This document shows positions 1-11,651 of a DNA stretch of 64,000 nt, one piece after another. The stretch comes from Podarcis erhardii (Eukaryota). The DNA is taken from assembly GCA_964252035.1 (NCBI GenBank), contig OZ176201.1. One strand, given 5' to 3'. Made by a program: the position numbers and the translations under genes. Position 1 is the first letter of the stretch, and every line of letters starts with the position of its first letter. The notes under the pieces were generated by a model, which saw only the letters and a list, made by a program, of their open reading frames with translations, ran no database searches and was not told where the DNA came from.

Positions 1-1270
1 TGAGAGCTGTAAAGCAGGAAAAACCACCTGCCTGCACCATCTCTCCCACTCATGCTCCTGCAAGATACTTGCTGGTCAACGGTGGGAACTGCTACTGTCC
101 CAGCAGCAAGCCTGAATTCTTAATATGTTTTGTGTGCAAAACGTCTTGTACATGAAAGCATTATGTGTCAAAGTGTACAAGAATTCTTGCATGTCCAGCC
201 ATGCCAATAAAGGCTCATCATGTATAATGTGTGTCTTGCAGTTGTCAGGCTCAGTTGTCAAGCTGCAGAAGGGATTCTGCCTGCAGAGTTTGGCCTCTGC
301 CTATCTGGGCTATACTTGCTCTTGACAGAGAACATGAAGAATGGAGCTGACCTTTTTATGCTTTGGGCTTGTTAAAACGGATGTGAAAAAATTGTCATTC
401 CAAGTAGTGAATCAGCTCTTTGAAGACAAAGCTGAAAGCTATGTGCAGTCAGTGCTTACTAATCTGACAACTTCAGCTAAATCTGCATGATGGGGCAAGA
501 GCTTGAGCTTTCAGAAAGTCTATCTTGCTCAACATTTACTTACACCTGCAGTGCCTGTTAACTAGTTTTTGCACTGCTTTGGTTTTGAAGTTCCAGAGGT
601 CTTTTACAATGACTCCCGCACCATATTCTGCTGAGAGTTCAGCAGTCCCATAGGCTTACTCGGCTTTTGATGAAATATGAGGATTGCAAGCATCAACTTG
701 CAACCACAGTGCAGTTGAAGATTTTGTGGTTGATTTAGCTAATGAGGCAATTTTGAATAGGTCAGCAAATCAAATTGAAATAATTCATACATATATATGA
801 TTGTATTTGCATTAGAAGTAACTCTGCATAAAAATAAAACAGATTTGCTACAGAACGTGAGTCCTTAACCGTACTATAATGAGCTTCCAAATCTAAGAAA
901 TAATTGTCTGGTGATTGTGGTTTGTCAAAGCAAAAATAGGTCAGAGTTCACCTTTCCCCTGGGTATGGCCCAAGTAGAGTAGAACGAGAACGGCATGCTT
1001 TGGGAGTCCAGAGAGGGAACCCAAGGAAGCAAAAAATTAAGAGAATTGCTACCATGAATTCCCCCAGGACATCAACTGACACAATTAAGGCACTTTCATT
1101 CTGAACATGCTTACTTGGAAGTATGTTCTGTTGAAATCAGTGCAAATTAACTGCACATACAATGTTTAGGTATCACTGATGAATACTCTGAATTTAGAAA
1201 GGCAAAATCAACAGCACATTATGGCCATTTCAGGTTTTTAGTTCATTATGAATGTGGGAAATGCAGTAAG

Positions 1271-1280
1271 CCATTTAAGG
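1271..1280 (+). promoter_or_regulatory. Perfect CArG box (CCATTTAAGG), candidate distal serum response element of IER2
   Basis: Fits CC(A/T)6GG exactly, with GGAAAT about 9 nt upstream. Function is inferred from IER2 being an SRF/ETS-regulated immediate early gene. Confidence 0.4.
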
Positions 1281-2490
1281 CTACAGTCTTCTGCACTCAG
1301 GAGCAAGTTCTGTTAAAATCAGTAGGGATTACTTGCAAACGATCATGGATGGAACATGTGTCACTCATGGAAAACAGTTGAAGTGGGAAACCATGCATAC
1401 TCATTTCCTAGAGCTGTTTCACACACACATCTTTATTACTTGAGTATAAAAACAAGCAATGGATGGCTTGCGTGTGTGAATGAGCCATCAGAGATCTAAC
1501 CCAATAGCTAATAAGGCATGTAATTTCAAATGCAAGGCTTTTCAATTAAGTCAGATACAGTATTTCATTCATCAAAAGTATAGCATGGGACAATCATGAG
1601 ATCTACATGTATGTGTGAATCTGGCCTTAGTGAATGGGAAATAGGGAGTGGATCAGTAGCCTCCCTCCAAGTCTAATGAAGATATGCAAAAACTTTTGGT
1701 TAAGATTAGTCAGGACAGAGCCGATATATGTCTTCTAGCCTCTGCTTGCAGCAATGCCTGGTTGATGCTTTCAGAACCATGGAAATAGAGATTCTGCTGC
1801 AGGCAGAAATAAACAGTATTGGCCTGATTGGACATTCACTGAGCATTTTCTGCAACACTCCTAACTGCACACACTGAACACCTCTTGAGGGTGCCATATT
1901 TCACAGAGAGATTTTGTGCACTCGTTATTTCATGGCAGGCCCACGTCTGCAGCCCATTAAAGCAGGGCCTGTGGTCCTCCCAAGGTGGTTGCAACTTTCA
2001 TCATCACTGGCCATGCTGACTGAGGCTGATGGGAGCCCGGCAAAGGCATCCGGAGAGCCATGGCTTGCCCACCAGGGAAGGCTGAAGACATTCCACTACC
2101 TGTGGTGAAGACGGTCTCTTCCCCACCATGGGCAGAAGCCCACCAGATTTGGAGCTGCACCTTGCTTCAACACTCTTCCGCCACATCTGGGGTCAGTAGT
2201 TTCAGGACAGGCTAGGCTCTGCCTGCTTCCTAGTCCTTCAGCATCTTGCTGCTTGAGGCTGACACCTCACAATCCTCCAAAGGGCAGAGCCATCCCTGTC
2301 CCCTACCCCTGCCTTAAAGGTCAGTTCACCAGCTTGATGCTGTATTTGGGCCATGGTGGCTTCTGCATGCATGAATGGGCCACTGTAACACAACTTTCCT
2401 ATGGCCCTTCATTTGCCATTCATCAATGGTATTCTAGTGCAGGGAAACCAAGTGATGATGCCCATGTATTGCCCATTCTGACCACACTCT

Positions 2491-2566
2491 TAATTCCCAG
2501 CTGTAAACGTGCATGGAAACCTGCTCCATAATTGCCAGCTGTAAACGTGCATGGAAACCAGCCCCA
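2491..2566. repeat. 38-bp tandem duplication upstream of IER2
   Basis: taattcccagctgtaaacgtgcatggaaacctgctcca (2491-2528) and taattgccagctgtaaacgtgcatggaaaccagcccca (2529-2566); 3 mismatches. Confidence 0.9.
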
Positions 2567-2679
2567 TTGATTTCGGTCGAACCCAAACCCATGAAACGTG
2601 CTTCCAGTGAAGCCAACACCTCTACACTTAAGTAAATGAGCTAAGGAATCTGCAGCCACAGGTCGTGCATGCTCCTTAG

Positions 2680-3147
2680 TTCTTCCCGGGGGACGTGGGC
2701 AGTTGTGCAGCGCACTTATCAGAGACAGCCCAAGTTCCAGGCTCCTCTTTTGCTGGCGGCGGCGGCGGCGGCGGCGGCGGCAGGAGCAGCCGCTTTCACG
2801 TCCTGTCCCCGCTGGCTGGCTGGCTGGCTGGAGGGGGGCCGGGCCCTTTGCTCTTCCCTCCTCCCTTCCCCCACTGCCTGACATTTCCGCCTCCCCCTCC
2901 CCCTGCCGGGGAGGGCGGCCAGTGGCGCGCTGCGAAAGGCCGGATGCGGCTCTCGAAGTGGGCGGAGGAGGCCCAGGCGCTGAGATCACCGGCGGTATAA
3001 AAAGAAGCGCGCTGGGCGCGGCCTCCTTCAGTCGGGGCGGACGTCACGAGAAAGGCTTCTTCCGAAGGCTGCGCTTCGCAAAGCAAAGCAAAGCAAAACA
3101 AACCCCAATTAAGACCCGGGGGCACGCGCCACTTTCGCCTTTTAAGG
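2680..3147 (+). promoter_or_regulatory. IER2 promoter/5' leader in a CpG island
   Basis: TATAAAA 2996-3002; initiator-like TCAGTC 3028-3033 (about 34 nt after the TATA); ETS-like CCGGATG 2940-2946 and ATTTCCG; GC box GGGCGG; CRE-like GACGTCA about 3040-3047; perfect CArG CCTTTTAAGG 3138-3147; (GGC)9 at 2755-2781. Confidence 0.75.
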
Positions 3148-3236
3148 AGAAAGCGCCAGAGGTCTCCCTCCCGGCTCCTCACAGCCCCCGAACAAGCCGA
3201 AGAGACCCGAACCGCGGCGAAGCCGGCTCCGCCATC

Positions 3237-3995
3237 ATGGAAGTGCAGAAGGAAGCGCAGCGCATTATGACCATGTCGGTGTGGAAAATGTACCACTCGC
3301 GGATGCAGCGCGGCGGCCTGCGTCTCCACCGCAGCCTGCAGCTGTCGCTGGTGATGCGCAACGCCCGGGACCTCTACCTCTCGGCCAAGTTGGAGGAAGA
3401 GGACGAGATGGCCGCGGGCGGAGGGAGCGGCGAGGACTTCGCCGGGCGCCCGGAGCCGCCGCAGCTGGACCTGCAGGGCGAGGCGCCCGCCCCTCAACAT
3501 CTGGAGGCGCCTCCGGCGACCCCCTTCCCCCAAGCCCTGCCCGAGCCGGCGCCTCTCCCCGCCGTACAGCCATCGGAGGCGCCGCCGCCTGCTCTGCCTT
3601 GCGCCACTCTGGATCCGGAGCCCATGGAGACCCAGGAGGAGCTCGACGGCAGCTCGCCCGCGCCTCCGCCGACGTGGAGCCGAGGCGCCCCCGGGCCTCA
3701 GGCGGGCGCCGCCAAGCCTAGCCGCAAGCGCCGCAGCAGCAGCCTGGGCAAGATGGGCGCCGCCGAAGCCGGACTGGTGCCCAGCAAGAAAGCCAAGCTG
3801 GTGGAAGAGGAAGGCGAGCGGCAGCCGCAGCGCCAGGAGGGGCCTTTCCCGAGCTTAGCCAGGGTCCTCCAGGACCGCTTCTCCGGCTTAATCCTCCAGC
3901 CTCCGCCGGCCAAAGGCGCCGACGAGCCCAAGGCGAGCTGCAGGCAAGGGGACGGCGTGCTGAGCATAATGGTGAGAGCCGTGGTGGCCTTCTAA
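3237..3995 (+). CDS. IER2: Immediate early response protein 2 (intronless, 252 aa)
   Basis: ATG in GCCATCATGG context. The N-terminus MEVQKEAQRIMTMSVWKMYHSRMQRGGLRLHRSLQLSLVMRNARDLYLSAK, the basic motifs SRKRRSSSL and PSKKAKL, and the C-terminus FPSLARVLQDRFSG...VLSIMVRAVVAF* match recalled vertebrate IER2. Single exon inside a CpG island. Confidence 0.96.
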   Translation: MEVQKEAQRIMTMSVWKMYHSRMQRGGLRLHRSLQLSLVMRNARDLYLSAKLEEEDEMAAGGGSGEDFAGRPEPPQLDLQGEAPAPQHLEAPPATPFPQALPEPAPLPAVQPSEAPPPALPCATLDPEPMETQEELDGSSPAPPPTWSRGAPGPQAGAAKPSRKRRSSSLGKMGAAEAGLVPSKKAKLVEEEGERQPQRQEGPFPSLARVLQDRFSGLILQPPPAKGADEPKASCRQGDGVLSIMVRAVVAF

Positions 3996-5689
3996 AGCGC
4001 CCCCGCCAGGGACTCGTAGCTGGAAACCTCGCTCTCTGCGGAGAAGCGGAACCTGCTGAAGCCCCTCTCTCGGCGGAGGAGCTGAGCACCACCTCCCGCT
4101 GCCGGCCCGCCGGCCCCCTCTCCTTGGTGGCGGGGCCTGGGCGGCGAGGAAGACGCGCCGCGGGAGGCTGGTGAAGGACTGGGGGCGGGCGGCGGGGAGC
4201 GCTGGTGGGTTCCCTCCTCCCATTTTCTCCCCCTCCGGGTTTAGGCGAGAGACGCTCTGGTGGCTGGGAAAGACGACGAGACAAAAGGCTGCGGGCAACG
4301 CGGCGAAGGAGGACGCCCCACCTCGGCCAGTAAACCCGGGACGCGGCTGCGGTGCGCTATGCGCCGGACTGGACGCAGCGGCGGCGTGGCGGGACACGAT
4401 ACTTTGGGGGGGCGGCGGCGGGCAGCGAACTCTTGGAAAACGGGGGAGGCTCGCAGCCCGTCGGGCCTTCGGAAACCGGATTCGGGCGGAAAGCAAGCGC
4501 GATGTGTGCTGGGTGCACTTTTTTTTGGTGCTAGTCGATAACAATGACGTGTTCATTCTGCCGTTCCTTAACTAAAGTTAATTGCCAGATCTGTTTGTTT
4601 CTGTCTCCTCCCCCCCCCCTTTTTTTTTCTGAACGGGACTGGAAAGGTCTGAAGGTTTGTTAGGCAGCTCCCCTGAAGGGTTAAAAAGAGTCATGCTGAG
4701 AATTGTCGAAGAAAAGCAGCTTTTGTCAGTCCCGCTCCTGTCTGCCCAGTATTCTTTTCCTCAGGGCCATCCCTTTTTTTCTTACCTAGTAATTAAGAAC
4801 GATGAAGTGGCCTGTTTCTTTGTGCCAGAGAAGATCTCCGAACCAGATTAGTCTTGCCAAAGTGTGTGTGCTGAGCAGGAACAGAAGGAGGGGAGGGGAA
4901 AAAAACCCAACCAGTCATACTAGTTATGACACATCTCTCATATGACTAGCATTTGCATTACACTGGGTCCACGACTGCAGGGGATTTCCTGCTTCTGTTG
5001 CCTTGGCTGTGTGTGTGTGTGGCTGTTGTGGTTTTTGTTTTTTAAGGTGTGGGTGGAGCCCTGAATGTCTGAAGGGTGGGGGAGAGGAAGACAAGTGGTT
5101 TTTCTTCCCCTAAATATGTCATCTTAAAAACTCGCTGGCGGTTTTCCTAGATGACTGAAGCTGTTTATGCACTGAACAGTAATGAGGGTTACTGTTTTAC
5201 ATCCACAAACATTTTTCTCTTTCCACTCCACATGCAGCTTGGATATTTTTCACCCAAATCAGGAGAATGGGGGCAAAGAAACCTGTATTCTTTAAATGGG
5301 TGTGTTCTGCAGTGTCTTGTCTCTAAAAAAACAAACAAACAAAACAGTATATCAAGTCATTTTATGAGATTTCTTGACACCGTTTTTGCCTTTGTTCATG
5401 ATTTTTTCCTCCACTCTCTTCTCTCAAATGTATGAAACAGTTGCTGTTGTGCTGGATTTATCTGTTGTGTCATCTCTGCTTCAAAAGTGTTAGTTTGATT
5501 CAAGCTTTAGGGTTGGGAGGAGAACAGTAAGAATGTCTTCTGAAACTGGTTTTCAAAATGGGCAGTAGAATGGTCACTGTCAAGGTACTTTGTAATGCTA
5601 ATTGTATGTAATCTGCATTTGCCTCAAAGAGGGCAAAATACAAGTTTATTTTGTTTTATCCTCATGGTGTTAATATTTTTGGTCATTGA

Positions 5690-5695
5690 AATAAA
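5690..5695 (+). terminator. Likely IER2 polyadenylation signal AATAAA
   Basis: AATAAA at the end of an AT-rich 3' region, followed by U/GU-rich sequence (ccttttttttacttctgtggtgtt). Confidence 0.6.
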
Positions 5696-8600
5696 GACCA
5701 TCCTTTTTTTACTTCTGTGGTGTTCCGTTCTTAATTAAAAAAAAAAAAACCATTTGTGAACTTCATTGAGAATTTTCTCTTGGTGGAGAGGATATGGGAG
5801 GGGAGAATGTTCAAGCAGCTACTCAAACCTACCTCCAAATGTATGAGGCCTCCTACTACATTAAACTAGTCTAGGTACAAAATAAGGAACTAGAGAAAAG
5901 AAACAAGGGGAACAGCAAAGTTAGTGACGGGGCAGGCAACCTTTAGTTCCTTAACCAACAGCACATTTAAAGAGCCAAACTTCCAAGCATGTGGGCTCTT
6001 GCAAATCTGAGCTATTCAATGTTGAGATACGGAGTAAACAAACTCTCCAAAGCTCTGCCCCCAGCCTTCTATGAATTAGCCTTCCATGACCCTTGGGGCA
6101 TCCAGAACTTGTTGATTATGTAGCTGTTTCTAATAGTGGGTGGAATGGGGAGAGAAGGGGTTGTCAACAAGATTAGCCTTGATTGTTTGGGTAGCAGTCC
6201 AGTCCCGGTAGGGTCCTAAGATGTTTGGGATCACTTCAAATCTCACCATGCTGGGTAGCATGGGTCAAGCAAGTTGAGTTGCATAACAACAATGCTTGGT
6301 TTCAGGATGGGTGTGAGAGCATGGGAAACTTATATTTAGAGCTCCAGTAACAGCTTGTAAACTTGTTTATGATGGAACTAAAATAGCCTTTCCATAAACA
6401 TGGGCCACTAGCCAGCGGATAGGGCTGGCAGGCAGGAGCTTAAAGTATGCTTTGCAAAACATTAACAGTAGCAGTATCTCGAGGTAATCCCCTAAGGGAG
6501 CAACTTATGCTTGTCTGCAATCCCTGATCATGTAATGGAAACCTTGTCATAAGAACTTGTTGGCACAATACAGGTTTGCCAGATTAGACCCTATGGATGT
6601 TGAGCAACGTCGCAAATCACCAAGGAAGGTTGTGTGTAGTCCCTTTCAACTGAAATATAAAACAGGACAGATGTATACATTCTAATTTGGTGAGGGATGC
6701 CCTCATTTAATAACCCTCAGCAAAGTGGCGATAAGTCTTTGTTTCAGTCCCAGTGATTTTTGTATTTTCAAATACAACCACAAGACATTTGAAACAAGGG
6801 GGTGGTTGATGACTGAAGGAATGAAATATATGTTGGGAGAATGGGTGTAATCAAGAATGTAAGTGTGCCTCCTAAATAATTCACACACTCTGGGATGTGT
6901 GCTTCAGGGAAAAGTCGAGGATTTAGCATCGGTAGTTAAAAGGCTAAGGGTAATGCACCAAGGATTTATTAAGTACTTTCTTCAGAACCCCTCCAGTTTC
7001 AGTGGATGCTCCCTGAGACAGCTGAGCAAGCAGGTGGGGTGAGATCAATGGGGAAGAGCCCCCAGGGGTTAAAGGAACACTGCCGTGATTCAAGGCTCAG
7101 GAATTTACTCCTTGTAATCTGAGCTGCTGCCAGTTTAGAGGCCATAACCTAGTAATTTTCCCTTCTGCAACAATGCTGATTGCCTGCCTCAGTGCTTTTA
7201 TAAGATTTAATTCCTCGACTGGTGTAAAGTGCTCTGAGTTACCTGGAATAGGAATGACTGACACCAGTTAGCCACTATTGTTTGCTTTCACTGCACAGAG
7301 TAGGATTATGCCTTGCTGGACACATGAGAATCCTTAGGCTAAACTATGGTTGTAAACCTGCATGTGAGCTGTGCTGCATCTGAATTACAGGTCAGGACTT
7401 GCATGAGCTCTCTGCCTCTTGATAAAAACATTTCCCTGCGCATAGAAAACTTATGTTAATGAGAACTAGGCCTCAAGTTCAGCCCAGCCCTAAATTTTCC
7501 CACAAAAACCCACTCCACCCAGTCTCGTGAGTCAGCTGGAAAGCCAGTCTTTGCTGGAGGAGCTCTGTCTCTCTGTGAAAAATGCACTAGTGGCTTGGCC
7601 TGATAGGATGGGTATATTGCCGTGACCTCCTTTCTTATGATAGCAGAGTATTTTGTACAGACAGAACCAAAGATGCTGGCTCAGTCTGGGGAGCTCTGCT
7701 GAGATCTTGGGCATAATCTTTGCCCTTCCAGAGCGTAGTTGGTGTGCCTCACAGCACAGCCAAGGAGGTCTGACTAGAGTTAGAAGGCACACCCATGTGC
7801 CCCAAGGCCTTAACTGCTCGTGTTACTTTTCAGTCAAATGGGTTTTGTATTAGCTCTTTAATTCACAGCAACAATATATAAAAGAGAATTGGGGGGGGGT
7901 ATTTAAACAAGTTAGGGCAAGATAATTTCTAGAGGTAAGGCTGGGGTTTGGAGTCAAGACTCGCCACACATTCTTCATTGAACAAATGTGTGTGTATTTG
8001 GAGAGAGGAGGCAGTTCTGTCTCTTTTTGAGTCAGGAAAGAAGCAAATGATAGGCGTCTGTTTTCAAAATACCAATTAATTGGCATTTTGTAGAAGTTTG
8101 AGCCTCACAGAAATCTAAAGTGGCCTTTTTCATCCTGTGACACTTAAAAAAATCTGCAACATCTTCATTAGTGTAACTTAAGTGCTAAGCGTTTTGAAAT
8201 AAGACCTGTATATGGAAGAATATGTTAAAACCTGTGCATTTGAACTAGTACTTAACAATAAGGAGAGTCCTGTAGAACATGAACACATAAAATCCACTTT
8301 CACTAACCACATGGGAGCTGAATAAAGCATGTTGCCTATTTAGTGCATCTGATTTATCAGTTAATCTATGGCAGAGATAGACTTCCCAATATTTACAGCA
8401 CAGGCTGTGACAGAATAAATTTAATTAGGAACCATTCCCCCAAGTGATGCTTGTTAGTAACTTCAAGGCATAAGGGGAGAATGGCTATGAACTTCCTTGC
8501 CCAAGGCAAGGATCAGGCTTGCTTCGTGCTACATGGTGGACCTTGTTCTGCCAGACTACTGAATAAGTTGCAAGCCGTTTCATGCTGGCTATAAATGATG

Positions 8601-11305
8601 CAAGGCTTTCCATGCAATGCCTTCTAGTCTACCTCCTTGTGTGTTCTGGAAATCCATTTCCTCCTGGCATGGAGGAATATTTCTTTTAAGCACTTGGAGG
8701 AAATATACACCATTTAATCTTATCACAATGTGTTCTGGAGAGGGCTATTTTTTAATTTTTAAAAAAGTAATCAGTGTTCCCTTTGCAGCCCAGGAGGCCA
8801 CTGAAAACAATGGAGAATTTTCCCAGCTGTAGTTCCCAGTGTCCCTAGTAATACATGCAACAAAGTGTTGCCATGCATATAAGGATCTCAGGTAGGAGGG
8901 ATGAGGTAAGAGTCTGCTCAGTATCTTGAAAATCTGCTCTGACTCACAGCAGCTCACAGGCTACAATATGCCTCTGCATAAGGCTGCTGCTTATATGTGG
9001 AAGCAAAAGGACAGTGAAAACATCCCACAGCTTTGGGTTCCTTCTGACATGTCATTTGTTATGCAACATAGTTATTTAGCATATGCTCTGTATGGTTTCT
9101 CCCTCCCACCTCAAATGAAGTGCAAGGCACCTGGAAAACTAAAACCCTCAGTTTTCTCCCCCCTGTTTGCAATATTATACCAGACTTGTACCAGCTGAAG
9201 ATGTGTGTGAATTCCAATGTTTCCACAGTCTTCCTCCCCTGCCCCCCTCCCTTAAGCTTTCTAGCTGTGTGGGAAACCCTCAGAGAGCCCAGGCGATTCT
9301 GCATTGCACCTAGGGGCCCTGTCACGCCATTGCCTGTGCAAGACACTCCCCCTGTGAAAAGACAGAAGGGTCTTTGATAACGCCCCAAGCACATCTCCAG
9401 CAGAACAAAGGCAGCATAGCTAATGGCTCCCACTCACACAGTGTGACTCTCTGCCAGGAATCTGAACTCCCTCCACCCCCTAAAGGCACAGGCTGAAGGA
9501 CAGAGAGGGGGGAGGAGGAGGAGGAGGGGAGGAAAACACATCTAAGCCAGGATATGGGGGCTGCAGAGCAAAGGAGGCCTGGCACACCAAATGCAGTGCA
9601 GTTAGGTCGATTTCCTGTGCATCAGCTACCCCTGGAGACAGGATACCAAAGCGGATGGCCTGTTCCGCCTTACCATGAGCTGGGCTGTATCCGGCACCTG
9701 CTAAAGTTCCTGTGTTCTCACGGGGAGAGGGGAGGAAGAGGGGAGGGGAGAGCACCAGAGGGAAGGGGTTTGCACCTTCAGCCTGATGAGGTCCTTGGCT
9801 GGGTGACCGCAGCTGCTTTCTCTGCCAGTTATTTGCTGCCACATGACAAAATATTTCAGTTCTTACGGAAATTCAGCTTTCTCTCTTCTGGTTTCACCAA
9901 ATTTTGCTTTGTCTCATTTAGTGAGAGGCAGGAAGAGAAATAGTTTCCAGCCCTGCTGCATTCAGAATACACGTGCTACTTATCACAGGGCAAAATACTA
10001 GAGCATCAAGGGGGATTATAGTAACTCATTCAGAGGAGATGTTTGAGATGTCTCCCAAACCGTAAGCGCTGCTATCTGCATAGCCTTTTAAAGTGATACT
10101 GCCCAAGATCCTTGGGTTATATTCCTGGCTTGTTCAAGCCAAGAAAGTGGCTTGTTCAGGTTACAAAGCTGGTGATTAAGACCAGCTTCCAGGCCCCTGG
10201 CAGCGACTACTCACCCACAACTTTCTGTGGCTGCAGACAGAAACCAGAATTACCTTCACACCCATCCACCTGCTTGTACTGAGAGATCTGCTTCCGAGGC
10301 TCTATTTCTGCCACCCCTTGTGGGAGCAATTAGGCTGGTGGCCACAAGGGACAGGGCCTTCTTGCCAGTGGCCCCATGATAAGCCAGGTCCCATCACTGC
10401 AATCCTTTATGTTTCCACATGTCTAAGGAGGAGTCTAATTGGGCTGTTGTAACATTGTTGTGATTTTCTTTTGTTTTTGTGATTTTTACTGGGTAGAGTG
10501 TTACAATGTTGTTGCCGGTTACTGTTTCTAATGGCGTTGTTGTTGTACATTTTACATTTATTAAGAATTACATGCTGTTGACATAATGTTCGGAGCTGCC
10601 ACAGGAGGGTTCTTTGCTAAAATGGTGGCTTGTAAGCTTTTTAAATAAATAACTCCCTCCTCCCCAACTACTCTGATCAATGGATCCCTGTCAAAACAAG
10701 CTCTCCGTTCCAGTTCATTACTCCTGCCTGCCAATATTTTCAATTACTTCCTTCTGCCCAGAACCCCATCTCCCATCTATCCTCAGCTACGGCTCAGTCC
10801 TTGCTCTTTGTGATACACCAGCCAATCTGAATGGAAGGTTAAGTCTGAAAAGCATACAGCCCTCCGGAGTTGCTCAAGGTTTTCATTCAGAGTTGTTTTT
10901 CTCTGCCCAGCTTCCCTTGACCTGAGTGAGTGCACCCTTGCTATGCTTCTCATGATCTGCCACATTGCTGCGGCAGTCTGGGATCCCACAATTACTATAC
11001 TCCTCAGCATGTGGAATTACTATGGGATATTATCCTGGGCAGGGAAGCAGCCAGACAACCTCATTAAATTGCTCCAACCCGGGCAATTATGGGCCACACC
11101 TCAGAATAATTAGCACCCCTGGGAAACTGCTTTGTAGGCAGGCTGCATAAGCAAACAGCTAGAGCAGGTTATGCTACAAGCTCGGACTCTTTGAACGTTT
11201 ACCATGTGCCCTTGGAGCTGGGTAAGAGAACCAGCCCTTATTGGAACAGAAACGGTCTGCCAACTGTTTTCTAAATTGAAAAGCAGGAATTATGTCTCCA
11301 GTGCT

Positions 11306-11651
11306 CAGGGGTGTACCTGGGGGTTGGCGGAACTGGCCCCTGCCAGGGTTGCAGGTCTGGAGTAGGGGCAAAAATCACCTATCAGACCATATATGTGTCT
11401 CACAGCAAAATCAAACAAGGGAGAAGCTTCCCATCCACCCTGCACTGTGGCACAAAGGTGTGTGGACTTATTTGCCCTTCCTCCTAACTTTGCCTTCGCT
11501 CTGGATGTTTTGAGTACTGTACTTAGGTCATGTAAAATGTAGTAATTTCCAATGTGGCTATTGTAGTACAGTGATTTTTTCCCCCTGTAGGGGGGCAGGG
11601 CTCCAATATGGCTCCCTGCCAAGGGGACAAGGGATCCTAGGTATGCCTCTG
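11306..11651. mobile_element. Non-autonomous hAT-like DNA transposon (MITE), degraded
   Basis: Imperfect TIRs CAGGGGTGTACCTGGG / CCTAGGTATGCCTCTG; flanking 8-mers ccagtgct / ccagcact. Confidence 0.5.

Noticed and set aside
2703-3236. 430-aa ORF starting at TTG 2703 as the IER2 CDS
   Set aside because: The start lies upstream of the TATA box and likely TSS, and recalled IER2 homology begins at ATG 3237.
2423-4575. Long antisense and alternative-frame ORFs around IER2 (245, 222, 188, 146 aa and others)
   Set aside because: Low-complexity Arg/Pro/Ala/Gly translations, as expected from a stop-poor CpG island; no recognisable domains.
4874-4884. AGCAGGAACAG, identical to the 3' half of miR-24
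   Set aside because: No seed region and no precursor hairpin; an 11-mer match is plausible by chance.
8656-8704. ATTTCCTCC / GGAGGAAAT inverted repeat
   Set aside because: An isolated 9-bp stem with no supporting context.
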